64,000 bases of DNA. It comes from an uncultured Actinomycetes bacterium (GTDB lineage Bacteria > Actinomycetota > UBA4738 > HRBIN12). The position numbers and the translations under genes were made by a program. The notes under the pieces were generated by a model, which saw only the letters and a list, made by a program, of their open reading frames with translations, was not told where the DNA came from and ran no database searches. Location of the stretch: positions 576,001 through 640,000 of the forward strand of contig CAVPIB010000004.1 in the NCBI GenBank assembly GCA_963704885.1. The letters run 5' to 3'. Each line of letters starts with the position of its first letter. The stretch's first letter is position 1. Below, one piece after another: positions 36,175 to 46,767 of this stretch.

Positions 36175-36192
36175 TTGTGAAAGGATTCACGA
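36175..36192. promoter_or_regulatory. Rex operator-like site
   Basis: TTGTGAA-AGGA-TTCACGA versus the consensus TTGTGAA-N4-TTCACAA. Confidence 0.7.
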
Positions 36193-36268
36193 AGTCTGAC
36201 TGGGCCTAGACCGACGGAGGCCGAGACGACGCACCAGTGACGTCCCAGGTCCTCGCCGACCGCCGAGC

Positions 36269-37126
36269 CTACCCGGCAGCTTTCCGGCTCGCTCGGAAGC
36301 TCCCGATCAGGTTGGCGCCAGCGCCGAAGAGTCCGGCAGCGAACAGGATCGTTCCCCAGACGTTCACCTGCGGCGGAACGCCGATCCTCGATGCGCCGAA
36401 CACCCATGTCGGGAAAGTGTTGACCGAACCACCGACGAAGTTCGTGATCACGAAGTCGTCCAGCGAGAGCACGAACGCCAGCAAGAAGCCCGCCACGATC
36501 CCGGGCAGGATGAGAGGCAGCGTGACCTTCATGAAGGCCCGGAAGGGTGTCGCGAACAGATCCTGTGCGGCGTTCTCCAACGATCGGTCGAGTCCCTGGA
36601 CGCGAGCTCGCACCGTGATGGCCACGAACGCGATCGAGAACCCGATATGGCTGAATAGGATCGATCCGTATCCGATCGGCGTCTTCGCGAGCACGAACAT
36701 CGACAACAGCGATGAAGCCAGCACGATCTCCGGGACCGCGATGGCGAGGAAGATCACGAAGTTCGTCGGCCCTCGACCGCGGAAGGAGTACCGGCCCAGC
36801 ACCAGGCCGATCAGCGTCCCAAGCGCGGTCGCGACGATCGCCGCCGGGATGGCCACGAGGATCGACGTCTTCAATGCCTCGTTGAGCCCCGGGATCGCGA
36901 ACAGCTCGCCCCACCAGGTCAGCGTGCAGCAGGTGAACTTGGCGATCTGCCTCTGCCCCACGAGCTTGTTGAACGAGAACAGGATCATGACGAATACGGG
37001 ACTCGCCAGGTAGAAGATCATCAAGCCCGTGAACACCGGCAGGATGTACGCGGTCCACCTCTTGCGCTTGGTGCGCAGCGGCGGACGATCCACCGCCACT
37101 CCTTCGTCCACGACGACCGCGCTCAT
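36269..37126 (-). CDS. potC: Polyamine ABC transporter permease
   Basis: PEIVLA, LENAAQDLFA, LSLDDFVITNF. Confidence 0.88.
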   Translation of the reverse strand: MSAVVVDEGVAVDRPPLRTKRKRWTAYILPVFTGLMIFYLASPVFVMILFSFNKLVGQRQIAKFTCCTLTWWGELFAIPGLNEALKTSILVAIPAAIVATALGTLIGLVLGRYSFRGRGPTNFVIFLAIAVPEIVLASSLLSMFVLAKTPIGYGSILFSHIGFSIAFVAITVRARVQGLDRSLENAAQDLFATPFRAFMKVTLPLILPGIVAGFLLAFVLSLDDFVITNFVGGSVNTFPTWVFGASRIGVPPQVNVWGTILFAAGLFGAGANLIGSFRASRKAAG

Positions 37127-38086
37127 AGAGCTCCCGCCGCAAGCGTCGAGTCCTCGGTGCCGAGGGCTTTGGCGTAGGCCACGGCGATCACGAGCATGCC
37201 GATCATCAGGATCACAGACAGGGCGGCGGCCTCCGGATAGTCCGCCTGGCGCAAGAACTTGGTCTGGATGATCTGGCCGATCATCGTGGTGCGGTTGGAC
37301 CCCAGCACCGTCGAGTTCACGTAGTCGCCCGTCGCCGGCACGAAGGTGAGGATGAGCGCGGCGAACAGACCCGGGAAGGACAGCGGCAGCACGACCTTAC
37401 GGAACGCCTGGAAGCGTGAGGCGTACAGATCCTTGGCGGCCTCGACGAGGCGCTTGTCGATCCGGTCGAGCGCTACGAAAAGAGGCAAGAACGTGAACGG
37501 CAGGAAGTTGTAGGTGATGCCGGATACCACCGCCACAGGGGTCGCCAGCACCCGGAAGTCTTCGGGCAGGAGTCCGATGCTCTTCAGCGGACCGAACAGC
37601 AGGCCGTCGTCGGCCAGGATGAAGTTCCACTGCACGGTGCGGATCACGAACGAAACGAAGAACGGCACGAGGATCAGGAAGAACAGCGTCGACTTCCACT
37701 TGCCGGCGTAGAAAGCGATCCAGTAAGCCATGGGGAACGCGAGCAGGATCGCGAGCACGGTCGCCAGACCCGAATACAACAGCGACCTCGCGAAGAAGGT
37801 CTTGGACGAGGAGAAGGCGTCCGCATAGTTGTCGAACGCCCAGGTGAAGCTGTATCCACCCGACAGCAGGCCACCGCTCTGCAGCGACGTGTAGACGACC
37901 AGGATGAGCGGCACGATGAAGGCGAGGACCAGGTAGATCGCCCCGGGGCCCAAGATCGCCGTACGCCACGCGACGCTGCCGGCGGGCCAGGAACTGATCC
38001 GCACGCTTAGGTGGTTCGCCGCCCTCCCCGCCGGTCGCGGTCGCGGCCGCCAGCGCCGCCTCGAGGTCGCGTTCTCCGTTCGCCAC
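37123..38086 (-). CDS. potB: Polyamine ABC transporter permease (probable indel near 37960; intact ORF 37123..38004)
   Basis: PFFVSFVIRT, YNFLPF, LVEAAKDL; N-terminus MANGERD...RRVAY lies in another frame. Confidence 0.85.
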
Positions 38087-38091
38087 GAGAT

Positions 38092-39398
38092 CTAGCTCTC
38101 GGTCACCGGGATGAAGATCGCGTCCCATTCCTCGCGCTCGTCGTCGGTCGTGAGGTTGCGACCGAACGGGGTCCTCGCGAGCAGGGCGTCATCGGGCCAC
38201 AGGAGCGGGCTGTCCGCGGTCTGCCTGAAGGTCCTTGGCGGTCGCGCCTTTCTCCTCGGCGGCATGCTGGGCGATCAGGTCCTGGACCGCAGACACGGGC
38301 GACATATAGAGCACCCACTCGGTGATCAGCTGGGCGATCTCGGGCTTGTAACACCCAATCCATCAGCTGGTAGGCGCCCTGGGGATTGGCCGAGTTGGCC
38401 GGGATCAGCATGTTGTCGATCCACAGCAGCGCGCCGCCATCGGGCACGATGAACTCGAACGGCTGGTCCTCCCAGATCTTGTAGTAGAGGACGTCGCCCG
38501 ACCAGGCCATCGAGGCCGCCAGGTTGCCTGCCGTGAAGTCGTCGACGTAGCCCTGATCGTAGAACTTCCGCAGGGTGCCGGAGGCCTTCAGCTTCTCGAT
38601 CCAGTCGGCGGCTTCCTTCCATTCCTCCGGTCCCGACTCCGAGGGGACGATGCCGAGGTTGATCATGACCACGTCGGGCATGTCGCCGGTGATCATGCCG
38701 ACCGAGTTCGTTCCGACGATATCGGGGTTCATCAGGTCGTCGAGCTTCGTGAGCGGTTGGCTCACCTTCTCGGTGTTCCACCCCATGCCGGTGAGGCCGG
38801 ACTGCCACGCCATCGAGAACTTGTTCCCGGGATCGAAGTCCGGGTCCTTGGCCCAGGAAGCCGCGTTGGCATCGAAGTTGGGCCGCCTCGACGGGTCCAG
38901 CTCGGTGAGCCAGCCGTTGACGAGCAACGCTGTGAGCTCACGGCCGTTCGTGATCACGATGATGTCGCGACCGGTGTCCTGGCCCGCCTGCAGCTGCGGC
39001 AGGAGCTCGCCGAAGAACGAATCGTTGGCCTGGATCTCATCGTTGTAGTTGACCTTGATGCCGGTCGCGTCCGTGAAGGCCACCAACGAAGGATTGACGC
39101 GCTGGCCGGTCTCCTTGTCCTTGGCCTGGTCGATGTAAAGCGGCCAGTTGGCGAAGTCGATCTCGGCACCCGGCTCGGCGCCGAAGTCGACCGTCTGACC
39201 GGTAGGTTCCTCTCCGCCTCCGTCGCCGCCCCCGCCGTTGCCACCGCCGCACGCCGCCAAGATCGACGCGAGGCTCAACGTGCCGACCGAGACCCCTCCG
39301 TACTTGATCAGGTTGCGACGCGAGAGCCTGCGCTCGGTCATGCCGCGCATGAGCGAGGCGGCGAACACCGGGTCGATCTGATTGCGATCCCTGGTCAT
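38092..39398 (-). CDS. potD: Polyamine ABC transporter substrate-binding Tat lipoprotein (frameshifts near 38351 and 38225)
   Basis: SRRNLIK Tat motif, LAAC lipobox, NWPLYID, AWSGD, WIDNMLIP; the C-terminus continues in shifted frames to TAG at 38092. Confidence 0.85.
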
Positions 39399-40522
39399 GC
39401 TTGCTCCTCCTCCATCGTCAGGCCCTCCTGGGGAGCGACCGCGAACGTATGCTCGGGCTTCCACGAGACCGTTACACCCTCACCCTGTCGCGGCGCTTCT
39501 TCGTGGCCGAGGTTCTGCACGTAAGCGGTCATGATCGTGCCGCCGACAGATTCGATCTTGTACTGGTGACTCACGCCTATGTACGTGGACATCGTCACCC
39601 GTCCCGACACCCTGTTGAACCCGGCGGGAACGTCTGCGTCGTCGCCCCGGGAGATGGTGAGTTTCTCGGGGCGAACGCCCACTTTCACGGTGCCCTGCGC
39701 ATCGGAGGGCAACCGGGAACTCGGCAGGGTGACCGACCCGCCGGCCGAAAGCGACACGGTTGCCATGCCGTTCGACCCCTCCCCGAGCTGGCCCTCGAGC
39801 ATGTTCGAAGCGCCCAGGAACCCGGCGACGAACTCGGTGGCAGGGTTCTCATAGACCATCTCGGGCTCCCCCAGCTGCTCGATCTTGCCGAGACGCATGA
39901 CCGCGAGACGGTTCGACATGGTCATGGCCTCCTCCTGGTCGTGCGTCACGTAGATGAACGTGATCCCGACCTCCTGCTGGATGCGCTTGAGCTCTAGCTG
40001 CATCTGCTTGCGGAGCTTCATGTCGAGCGCACCGAGTGGCTCATCGAGCAGAAGCACCTGGGGGTGGTTCACGAGCGCTCGAGCGAGAGCCACGCGCTGC
40101 TGCTGACCACCAGACATCTGCGGAGGCTTGCGCTTCTCGAACCCGATGAGGTCGACCAAGGTCATCGCCTCCTTGACCCGGGTCTCGAGCTGGCTCTTGT
40201 CGACCTTCTTGCGCCGCAGTCCGAACGCCACGTTCTCGTAGACATCGAGGTGCGGGAAGAGCGCGTAGGACTGGAACACTGTGTTGACGTCGCGCCTGTA
40301 TGGAGGCAGGTCGGTGACGTCACGTCCGCCCAGATACACGGTGCCGTACGTGGGGTCCTCGAAGCCGCCTATCATGCGGAGCGTGGTGGTCTTGCCACAA
40401 CCCGACGGTCCGAGCAACGAGAAGAACTCGCCTTCAAGGATGTCGAGAGACAGGTCGTCCACCGCGGCCGCGTCCCCGAAGAGCTTGGAGACTCGATCGA
40501 GGCGCACATCGATCTCAGGCAC
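39395..40522 (-). CDS. potA: Polyamine ABC transporter ATP-binding protein
   Basis: GPSGCGKTT, NTVFQSYALFPH, MSGGQQQR, TOBE-like C-terminus. Confidence 0.92.
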   Translation of the reverse strand: MPEIDVRLDRVSKLFGDAAAVDDLSLDILEGEFFSLLGPSGCGKTTTLRMIGGFEDPTYGTVYLGGRDVTDLPPYRRDVNTVFQSYALFPHLDVYENVAFGLRRKKVDKSQLETRVKEAMTLVDLIGFEKRKPPQMSGGQQQRVALARALVNHPQVLLLDEPLGALDMKLRKQMQLELKRIQQEVGITFIYVTHDQEEAMTMSNRLAVMRLGKIEQLGEPEMVYENPATEFVAGFLGASNMLEGQLGEGSNGMATVSLSAGGSVTLPSSRLPSDAQGTVKVGVRPEKLTISRGDDADVPAGFNRVSGRVTMSTYIGVSHQYKIESVGGTIMTAYVQNLGHEEAPRQGEGVTVSWKPEHTFAVAPQEGLTMEEEQA

Positions 40523-40604
40523 GTCCACTCCCTTCAAGCTTCGCGCGCATCATGCCACAGCACCCGGTCACAGGTCACGGGGGCCCACACGACGATCACC
40601 GGTG

Positions 40605-41765
40605 TCAGGCCGAGACGTCGGGGGCGGCGTCATCGGGCCGGCCGGGCGTGGCTCCCACTTCATCAGCGACCTCAGCCTGGCTCCGCCAGCGCGCCAATCG
40701 GGGGAAAGCGGTGGCCGCGAACAACACGAGCGCCCCCAGCACTACGGCTCCGACGGCCAGCCGCCCATCGATCAACCCGACCGCCAGCGCGCTGGCCGAG
40801 ATCAGCGCGCTCCACAGGTACATCAGCAGCACCGCCCCTCGATGGCTATGGCCGATGTCCAGCAGACGATGGTGAACATGCTCCTTATCCGCCTGCCCGA
40901 TCCCCTTGCCCCTCCACGTTCTTCGGACGACCGCGAGCGCCACATCCAGGATGGGGATCGCCAACACCAGCAGAGGGACGAGCACGGTCCCCGCGATTGC
41001 CGCCAGGTCGCCGGCACCCGGTGGATACGGATTGCGCCCGACGCCCGAGAGCGTGGCGATCGTGAGCAACATGCCGAGCAACATGGACCCGGAGTCGCCC
41101 ATGAAGATCCGCGCAGGAAAGAAGTTCCAGGGGAGGAACCCCAGGCAGATCCCGACCGTGATGGCCGACAGCAGCGCCGCCGAGGAGGCGTCGCCCTCGA
41201 ACGTGCTCGGCGTGCGGGTCATGTAGATGAAGAACGCAGTCGCGGCGATCGCAACCATCCCCGCCGCCAATCCATCCAGGCCGTCGACCAGGTTCACGGC
41301 GTTCACCACGAGCACCAGCCACAGGATGGTGAGCGGCACCGCCAGATCAGAGCTGACCGAGACGATCGCCGCGCTGGGGAACCAGAAGTACACGACCTGC
41401 ACGCCAAGGAGGATGAGCAAGCCCCCGATGAAGACCTGCGCCGTGAACTTGGCCAGCGCCGACGTGCCTCGCTTGTCGTCGATCGCGCCCAGTCCGACCA
41501 TCGCCGTGCACGTGACGAGTGCTGCGAGCGGCACCGAACTAGCATCGTTCATCTCCGAGAAGAACGGCAAGAAGCGCGATACGCCCAGGCCGACCAGGAA
41601 CCCCGCGTACATCGCAACCCCGCCCATGGTCGGCGTCGCCCTCGGGTGGACCTTCCGGTCGGAGGGGTGATCGATGGCACCCCAGCGCACGACCAGCCGG
41701 CGGACGAGCGGAGTGATCGCGAACGTCGTCCCGGCGCAGGCCAGGAACACCCAAAGGTAGGCCAT
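40605..41765 (-). CDS. wecA: Undecaprenyl-phosphate GlcNAc-1-P transferase (WecA/TagO, MraY family)
   Basis: RKVH...TPTMGG, GAIDD, NAVNLVDGLDGL, IFMGDSG, DKEHVHHRL. Confidence 0.9.
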   Translation of the reverse strand: MAYLWVFLACAGTTFAITPLVRRLVVRWGAIDHPSDRKVHPRATPTMGGVAMYAGFLVGLGVSRFLPFFSEMNDASSVPLAALVTCTAMVGLGAIDDKRGTSALAKFTAQVFIGGLLILLGVQVVYFWFPSAAIVSVSSDLAVPLTILWLVLVVNAVNLVDGLDGLAAGMVAIAATAFFIYMTRTPSTFEGDASSAALLSAITVGICLGFLPWNFFPARIFMGDSGSMLLGMLLTIATLSGVGRNPYPPGAGDLAAIAGTVLVPLLVLAIPILDVALAVVRRTWRGKGIGQADKEHVHHRLLDIGHSHRGAVLLMYLWSALISASALAVGLIDGRLAVGAVVLGALVLFAATAFPRLARWRSQAEVADEVGATPGRPDDAAPDVSA

Positions 41766-41817
41766 CAGTCCCCGCTCAGCCTGCGCTTACCCAGGGCATC
41801 CGCCATCGGGAGGACTG

Positions 41818-43086
41818 TCAATCGGGGTAGACGGGGAATCGGCCCATGAGCTCGCGTACTCGGCCTCGCGCGGCGTCCTTCACGGCCCGATCGTCCGGAT
41901 GACGCAGGACATCGCCCATGACGCCGGAGACCTCCTTCATCTCGGGCTCGTCCATGCCGAGCGTGGCCGGGCCGGGCGTGCCGACGCGGATGCCCGAGGG
42001 CGTCGAGGGCGGCTGAGTATCGAACGGTATCGCGTTCTTGTTGATCGAGATCCCGACCTCATCCATCACGCGTTCCGCGTCCTTGCCACTCACCCCGAGC
42101 GGGCGAACGTCGGCGAGCACCAGATGTGAATCCGTGCCGCCCGAGACGATCCGCAGACCCTCGTCGCCCATCCCCTGGGCCAAGGCGCGTGCCGTCCTCA
42201 CCACCCGGTGCGCGTAATCCTGGTAGCCGGGCGTCATGGCCTCCTTGAGCGCCACGGCCTTCCCGGCGATGCAGTGCTCGAGCGGCCCACCCTGCATCAT
42301 CGGGAAGACCGCCTTGTCGATCGCCTTCGCGTGTTCCTCACGACAGAGGATCATCGCGCCTCGCGGTCCCCTAAGCGCCTTGTGTGTGGTGAACGTCACC
42401 ACGTCGGCGTGCGGTACCGGCGATGGATAGGCTCCGCCGGCCACCAGCCCGATGAAGTGCGACGCGTCGACCCACAGGAGCGCGCCCACCTCGTCACAGA
42501 TCTGCCTGAAGGCAGCGAAGTCGATCTCACGCGGGTACGCGGTGTAGCCCGCGAGGATGATCGTGGGCTTGTGCTCCTTGGCCAGGTCGCGGATGCTGTC
42601 CATGTCCAAGCGCTCGGTCTGCTGGTCCACCTCGTAGGCCACGAAGTTGAACCACATGCCGCTGACGTTCACCGGCGAGCCGTGGGTCAGGTGCCCTCCG
42701 TGCGCGAGCGCCATGCCAAGCACCTTGTCCTTGGGGTTGCCCGGCTCCAGGAACGCACCGAACACCGCCATGTTCGCCTGCGCGCCGGCGTGCGGTTGCA
42801 CGTTCGCGTGGTCGGCACCGAAGAGTTCCTTCGCTCGGTCGATCGCCAGCTGCTCCGTCACGTCGACGAACTCGCACCCCCCGTAGTACCTGCGGCCCGG
42901 GTATCCCTCCGCGTACTTGTTGTTCATGGAGGATCCGATCGCCGCGAGCACCGCCGGACTCGCGTAGTTCTCAGAGGCGATGAGGCGAAGGGTCGTGCGC
43001 TCGCGCTCCAGCTCATTCGCGATCGCCGAGGCCACCTCGGGATCGGCTGCTTTCAGCGCGTCCCAGCTAGCTGCGTAGTCCCTCAT
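41818..43086 (-). CDS. glyA: Serine hydroxymethyltransferase
   Basis: LIASENY, KYAEGYPGRRYYGG, TTHKALRGPRG. Confidence 0.98.
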   Translation of the reverse strand: MRDYAASWDALKAADPEVASAIANELERERTTLRLIASENYASPAVLAAIGSSMNNKYAEGYPGRRYYGGCEFVDVTEQLAIDRAKELFGADHANVQPHAGAQANMAVFGAFLEPGNPKDKVLGMALAHGGHLTHGSPVNVSGMWFNFVAYEVDQQTERLDMDSIRDLAKEHKPTIILAGYTAYPREIDFAAFRQICDEVGALLWVDASHFIGLVAGGAYPSPVPHADVVTFTTHKALRGPRGAMILCREEHAKAIDKAVFPMMQGGPLEHCIAGKAVALKEAMTPGYQDYAHRVVRTARALAQGMGDEGLRIVSGGTDSHLVLADVRPLGVSGKDAERVMDEVGISINKNAIPFDTQPPSTPSGIRVGTPGPATLGMDEPEMKEVSGVMGDVLRHPDDRAVKDAARGRVRELMGRFPVYPD

Positions 43087-43087
43087 A

Positions 43088-43540
43088 TCAGAGCTCCTCT
43101 CGTTCGATCATGGCGATCTGGTTAACCCTGGGTACGTGTCGTCCGCCCTCGAACGGCGTGGCGAGCCACACACGGACGATCTCCTTCGCGTAGGCGGCCG
43201 CGATCACCCGTGCCCCGAGGCTCAGCACGTTCGCGTCGTTGTGCTCGCGCGCCAACCGAGCGGTATACAGGTCCTGACACAGGGCCGCGCGGATGCCGCG
43301 GATCTTGTTCGCGGCGATCTGCTCTCCCTGGCCGGATCCCCCGACCACGATCCCAGCGTCGGCGCGACCCTCGGCGACCTCCCGTGCCACAGCCGCGCAG
43401 AAGACCGGATAGTCGACGGGGACCTCAGAGTCGGTCCCACAGTCGATCACCTCGTGTCCCTCTTCGACCAGGAACACCTTCAGCTCCTCCTTCAGCGCGA
43501 AGCCCGCATGGTCGGCACCCATCGCGATCAGCACGCTCAC
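43088..43540 (-). CDS. rpiB: Ribose 5-phosphate isomerase B
   Basis: GADHAG, GGSGQGEQIAANK, AREHNDAN, FEGGRH. Confidence 0.95.
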   Translation of the reverse strand: MSVLIAMGADHAGFALKEELKVFLVEEGHEVIDCGTDSEVPVDYPVFCAAVAREVAEGRADAGIVVGGSGQGEQIAANKIRGIRAALCQDLYTARLAREHNDANVLSLGARVIAAAYAKEIVRVWLATPFEGGRHVPRVNQIAMIEREEL

Positions 43541-44151
43541 GCTCCTCCCCCCGCGGCCTCAGAACCGGAGGCGGCGGGTCCGTACAGCCCGATCACAAGG
43601 CGCTCGAGCCACGTCTCCAGCTCCCACGCCGTGGCGCGGTAGGCCTCGAACGGCTGGCCCAGCGGATCGGCCACGTCGTCGTCCCGAGATCTCGGCAACG
43701 CGCCGGCTCGGCGGGCCTGGTCGGCCGCCGCTACCCGCGCGGCAAGGGTGGCCGGACCCGCGTGAAGTTCGGGCGCGCGAAGGGTCTCCAACAGCCGGAC
43801 CAGCTCCTTCATGGTGAAGGCTCGGGAGGCGAGCTCGGGTCCCGATCGCGCCAACAGCTCGCGATGGTCCGTCGCCATGCACAGCAGTAGGTCGGCCTGG
43901 CTCGTCACCGGGACGGTGATGCGGCGCGCACGGTGCCCAGCGATGTCGCTCCCCAGCTCGCGGGCCGCCTCCACCCCTTCCGGCGTGGCCTCTGAACCTT
44001 CCAGGCCCATGGTCCCCGCCGAGGAAACCGCAGGCGCCGCGTCCCCGAAACGGGCGCTCAGGGCGGCCCGTAGGAACCCCTCGGCCATCGGCGAGCGGCA
44101 GATGTTGCCCGTACAGACCACGAGGATGGATGTCATTCGCGAGGGCGTCAC
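43537..44151 (-). CDS. Low-molecular-weight protein phosphatase
   Basis: VCTGNICRSPMAE P-loop, DVADP. Confidence 0.88.
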   Translation of the reverse strand: MTPSRMTSILVVCTGNICRSPMAEGFLRAALSARFGDAAPAVSSAGTMGLEGSEATPEGVEAARELGSDIAGHRARRITVPVTSQADLLLCMATDHRELLARSGPELASRAFTMKELVRLLETLRAPELHAGPATLAARVAAADQARRAGALPRSRDDDVADPLGQPFEAYRATAWELETWLERLVIGLYGPAASGSEAAGGGA

Positions 44152-44777
44152 CCTGAAGGGGGCGAGTCTAACAGCGGCACCTCGAGCCCTATGAGCTGCG
44201 CGACCTCAAGCGCATCGACGGCGCCGAGGCGGAGCAGACGCGCGTCGCCGTGGGCCAGGTCGAGCACGGTGGAAGCCACTCCCCGACTCCGGTCATCGAG
44301 ACACAGATACACGGCCACCTGGTCTCCGAAGACGGCCTGGAGTTCGTCGCAGGTCCCCGCCGGTGGCTCTCCCGAGAGGTTGGCGCTCGTCACCGCGAGC
44401 GGCCCCGTGAGCTCGAGCAACGCGAGCGCCAGGGCATGTCTGGGGACACGAACGCCGATCGAGTCGGCATCCGCGCCGAGCCCCCAAGCGCCGGAGGCCT
44501 CCGATCTGGGCAATATCAGCGTGAGCGCCCCCGGCCAGAGCGCCGACGCCACGCGGTCTGCGATGTCGTCGAAACGTGCCACGCCCCGTGCCGCCTCCAC
44601 AGAAGGAACCAGGATCGGCAGGGACAGGCCCCTCGGGCGCCGCTTGGCATCGAAGATCCGTGCCGTTGCGGCCGGATCGTCCGGGCGCGCGGCGAGTCCG
44701 TAGACGGTATCGGTGGGGAGTACGACCAGCTCGCCCTCGCGGAGCGCTTCCGCCGCGTCCACGAGCGCGTGCATCAC
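44148..44777 (-). CDS. tsaC: L-threonylcarbamoyladenylate synthase (Sua5/TsaC)
   Basis: PTDTVYGL, KRRP, WPGALTL, TSANLSG. Confidence 0.93.
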   Translation of the reverse strand: MMHALVDAAEALREGELVVLPTDTVYGLAARPDDPAATARIFDAKRRPRGLSLPILVPSVEAARGVARFDDIADRVASALWPGALTLILPRSEASGAWGLGADADSIGVRVPRHALALALLELTGPLAVTSANLSGEPPAGTCDELQAVFGDQVAVYLCLDDRSRGVASTVLDLAHGDARLLRLGAVDALEVAQLIGLEVPLLDSPPSG

Positions 44778-45607
44778 GGCGTCCGCGCCGTGATCAGGCG
44801 GTCTCGGCCTGTCAGGTCGGGCAGGATCCGAGCAGCGACGAGCCCTGCCGCCTCGGCGATATCACCCACCGCGTCGGCGCTATGCTCCTCGATCTCCGCA
44901 ACCACCGCACCACCCGGTCTGAGAACATGGACCGCGCCCGCGAACAACCGCCGGTAGATCTCGGCCCCCCCCACGAGCGCCAGCTCCGGGTCTCCACGGA
45001 CGTCGCACGGGAGCTCTGGGAGTTCCTCCACATCGATGTAAGGGGGGTTGCTCACCACTAGATCGACGCTGCCTGACATCTCGCTCGGCAACGGCTCGAA
45101 CAGATCGCCTTGCAGCAACCCTATCTCCAGGTGCAGCCTGGTCGCGTTCTCCGCCGCAAGCGCGATCGCCTCCGGAGAGATGTCTATCGCCGTCACCCGG
45201 GCGTCGGAGCGTTCATCCTTCACGGCGAGCGCGATCGCGCCCGTGCCGGTCCCGACGTCGATCACGACCGGTTCCTCGAGGCCCTCGATGGATGCGAGCG
45301 CGTAATCCACGACCACCTCCGTCTCGGGACGAGGGATGAACACACCCGGCCGCACCGCGAGCGTCAGGCGACGGAACGCCTGCTCGCCGGTCAGATGTTG
45401 GAGCGGCGTTCCAACGCATCGCCGGCAGAGCGCGCGACCGAAGCGCCGCGCCTCTGGGCCGGAGAGACCGCGATCCGAAGCGTAGAGCCCGGCGCGATCG
45501 GTTCGCAGCACATGCGCCAGCAACACCTCGGCCTCTACCAGCGGGCTCTCCACGTCGTGACGTTCCAGGTACGCCGCCGCGCGGCGGACGATCTCAGCGG
45601 GACGCAC
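44774..45607 (-). CDS. prmC: Release factor glutamine methyltransferase
   Basis: IPRPETE, DVGTGTGAIA, SNPPY. Confidence 0.95.
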   Translation of the reverse strand: MRPAEIVRRAAAYLERHDVESPLVEAEVLLAHVLRTDRAGLYASDRGLSGPEARRFGRALCRRCVGTPLQHLTGEQAFRRLTLAVRPGVFIPRPETEVVVDYALASIEGLEEPVVIDVGTGTGAIALAVKDERSDARVTAIDISPEAIALAAENATRLHLEIGLLQGDLFEPLPSEMSGSVDLVVSNPPYIDVEELPELPCDVRGDPELALVGGAEIYRRLFAGAVHVLRPGGAVVAEIEEHSADAVGDIAEAAGLVAARILPDLTGRDRLITARTP

Positions 45608-45611
45608 CGGC

Positions 45612-46706
45612 TCAACCCTGCTCGTCGCGGCCCGCCAACTGGTCGGCCCGCTCCGCCGAACGCAGCAGGTCGATGAACCCGTCGAGCTCCTCGCCGCCCG
45701 TGAGCACTTCCTGTAGCTGGTGCGAGGTGTGCTTGATCCGGTGATCGGTCACGCGGCCCTCGGGGAAGTTGTAGGTCCGGATCTTCTCTGCCCGCTCGCC
45801 GGTGCCTACCTGAGAACGGCGGCTGGCGGCCTCCTTCGCCTGAGCCTCGTCCTGCGCCCGCTGGAGCAGCCGCGCGCGGAGGTACCGCATCGCCTTCTCG
45901 CGGTTCTGGAGCTGCGACCTCTCCTCTTGACACTCCACCTTGATGCCCGTCGGCTTGTGCACGATCCGAACCGCGGAGTCCGTCGTGTTCACGGACTGCC
46001 CCCCGGGGCCAGACGAGCGATAGACGTCGATCTGGATGTCCTCGGCCCGGATCTCGATCTCGACCTCCTCGGCCTCGGGGAGGACCGCCACAGTCGCTGT
46101 CGAGGTGTGGATCCTGCCCGCCGACTCCGTGACAGGCACTCGCTGGACCCGATGGACGCCCGACTCGTGCTTCAGGCGGGCGTAGGCGTCCTTGCCTCTG
46201 ACCTCGACGACGGCCTCCTTGAAACCGCCAACCTCCGCCTCAGACGCCGAGAGAACCTCGGTCTTCCAGCGATGCCGCTCCGCCAACCGTCGGTACATCT
46301 CGAAGAGCTCACCTGCCCACAGCGCGGCCTCCTGTCCCCCGGCCCCCGCGCGGATCTCGACGATCACGTCCTTCCCGTCGTTCGGATCCTTCGGCACCAG
46401 CAGCACTTCGAGCTTCCCGCGCAGCTCATCGACCCGTGCTTGCGCGGTCTCAGCCTCATCGCGAAGGAAGGCGGCCATGTCCGCGTCGGGCTCTCTCGAG
46501 GCCATCTCCCGCGCCTCCTCGGCCTGACGCGATGCGTCGATGTACTCGCGATACGGTCGGACGATCTCGTCCAGCTCGGCGAACGACTGCCCGAGGGTCC
46601 GGAACCGATCCTGGTCCGCAGCCACGTTGGGAGCGGCCAGCTCTTGCGAGACGGCTTCGTAGCGAGATTCGATCTCCGCCAGACGTGCATCGAGGGACTC
46701 GGCCAT
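45612..46706 (-). CDS. prfA: Peptide chain release factor 1
   Basis: PVT motif, GPGGQSVNTTDSAVR, RTYNFPEGRVTDHR. Confidence 0.97.
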   Translation of the reverse strand: MAESLDARLAEIESRYEAVSQELAAPNVAADQDRFRTLGQSFAELDEIVRPYREYIDASRQAEEAREMASREPDADMAAFLRDEAETAQARVDELRGKLEVLLVPKDPNDGKDVIVEIRAGAGGQEAALWAGELFEMYRRLAERHRWKTEVLSASEAEVGGFKEAVVEVRGKDAYARLKHESGVHRVQRVPVTESAGRIHTSTATVAVLPEAEEVEIEIRAEDIQIDVYRSSGPGGQSVNTTDSAVRIVHKPTGIKVECQEERSQLQNREKAMRYLRARLLQRAQDEAQAKEAASRRSQVGTGERAEKIRTYNFPEGRVTDHRIKHTSHQLQEVLTGGEELDGFIDLLRSAERADQLAGRDEQG

Positions 46707-46767
46707 GACTGGATTATCCCGGACGCGCCGAGAACCTCACCGGAGAGGCACGAGCGCCGGCGAGCGG

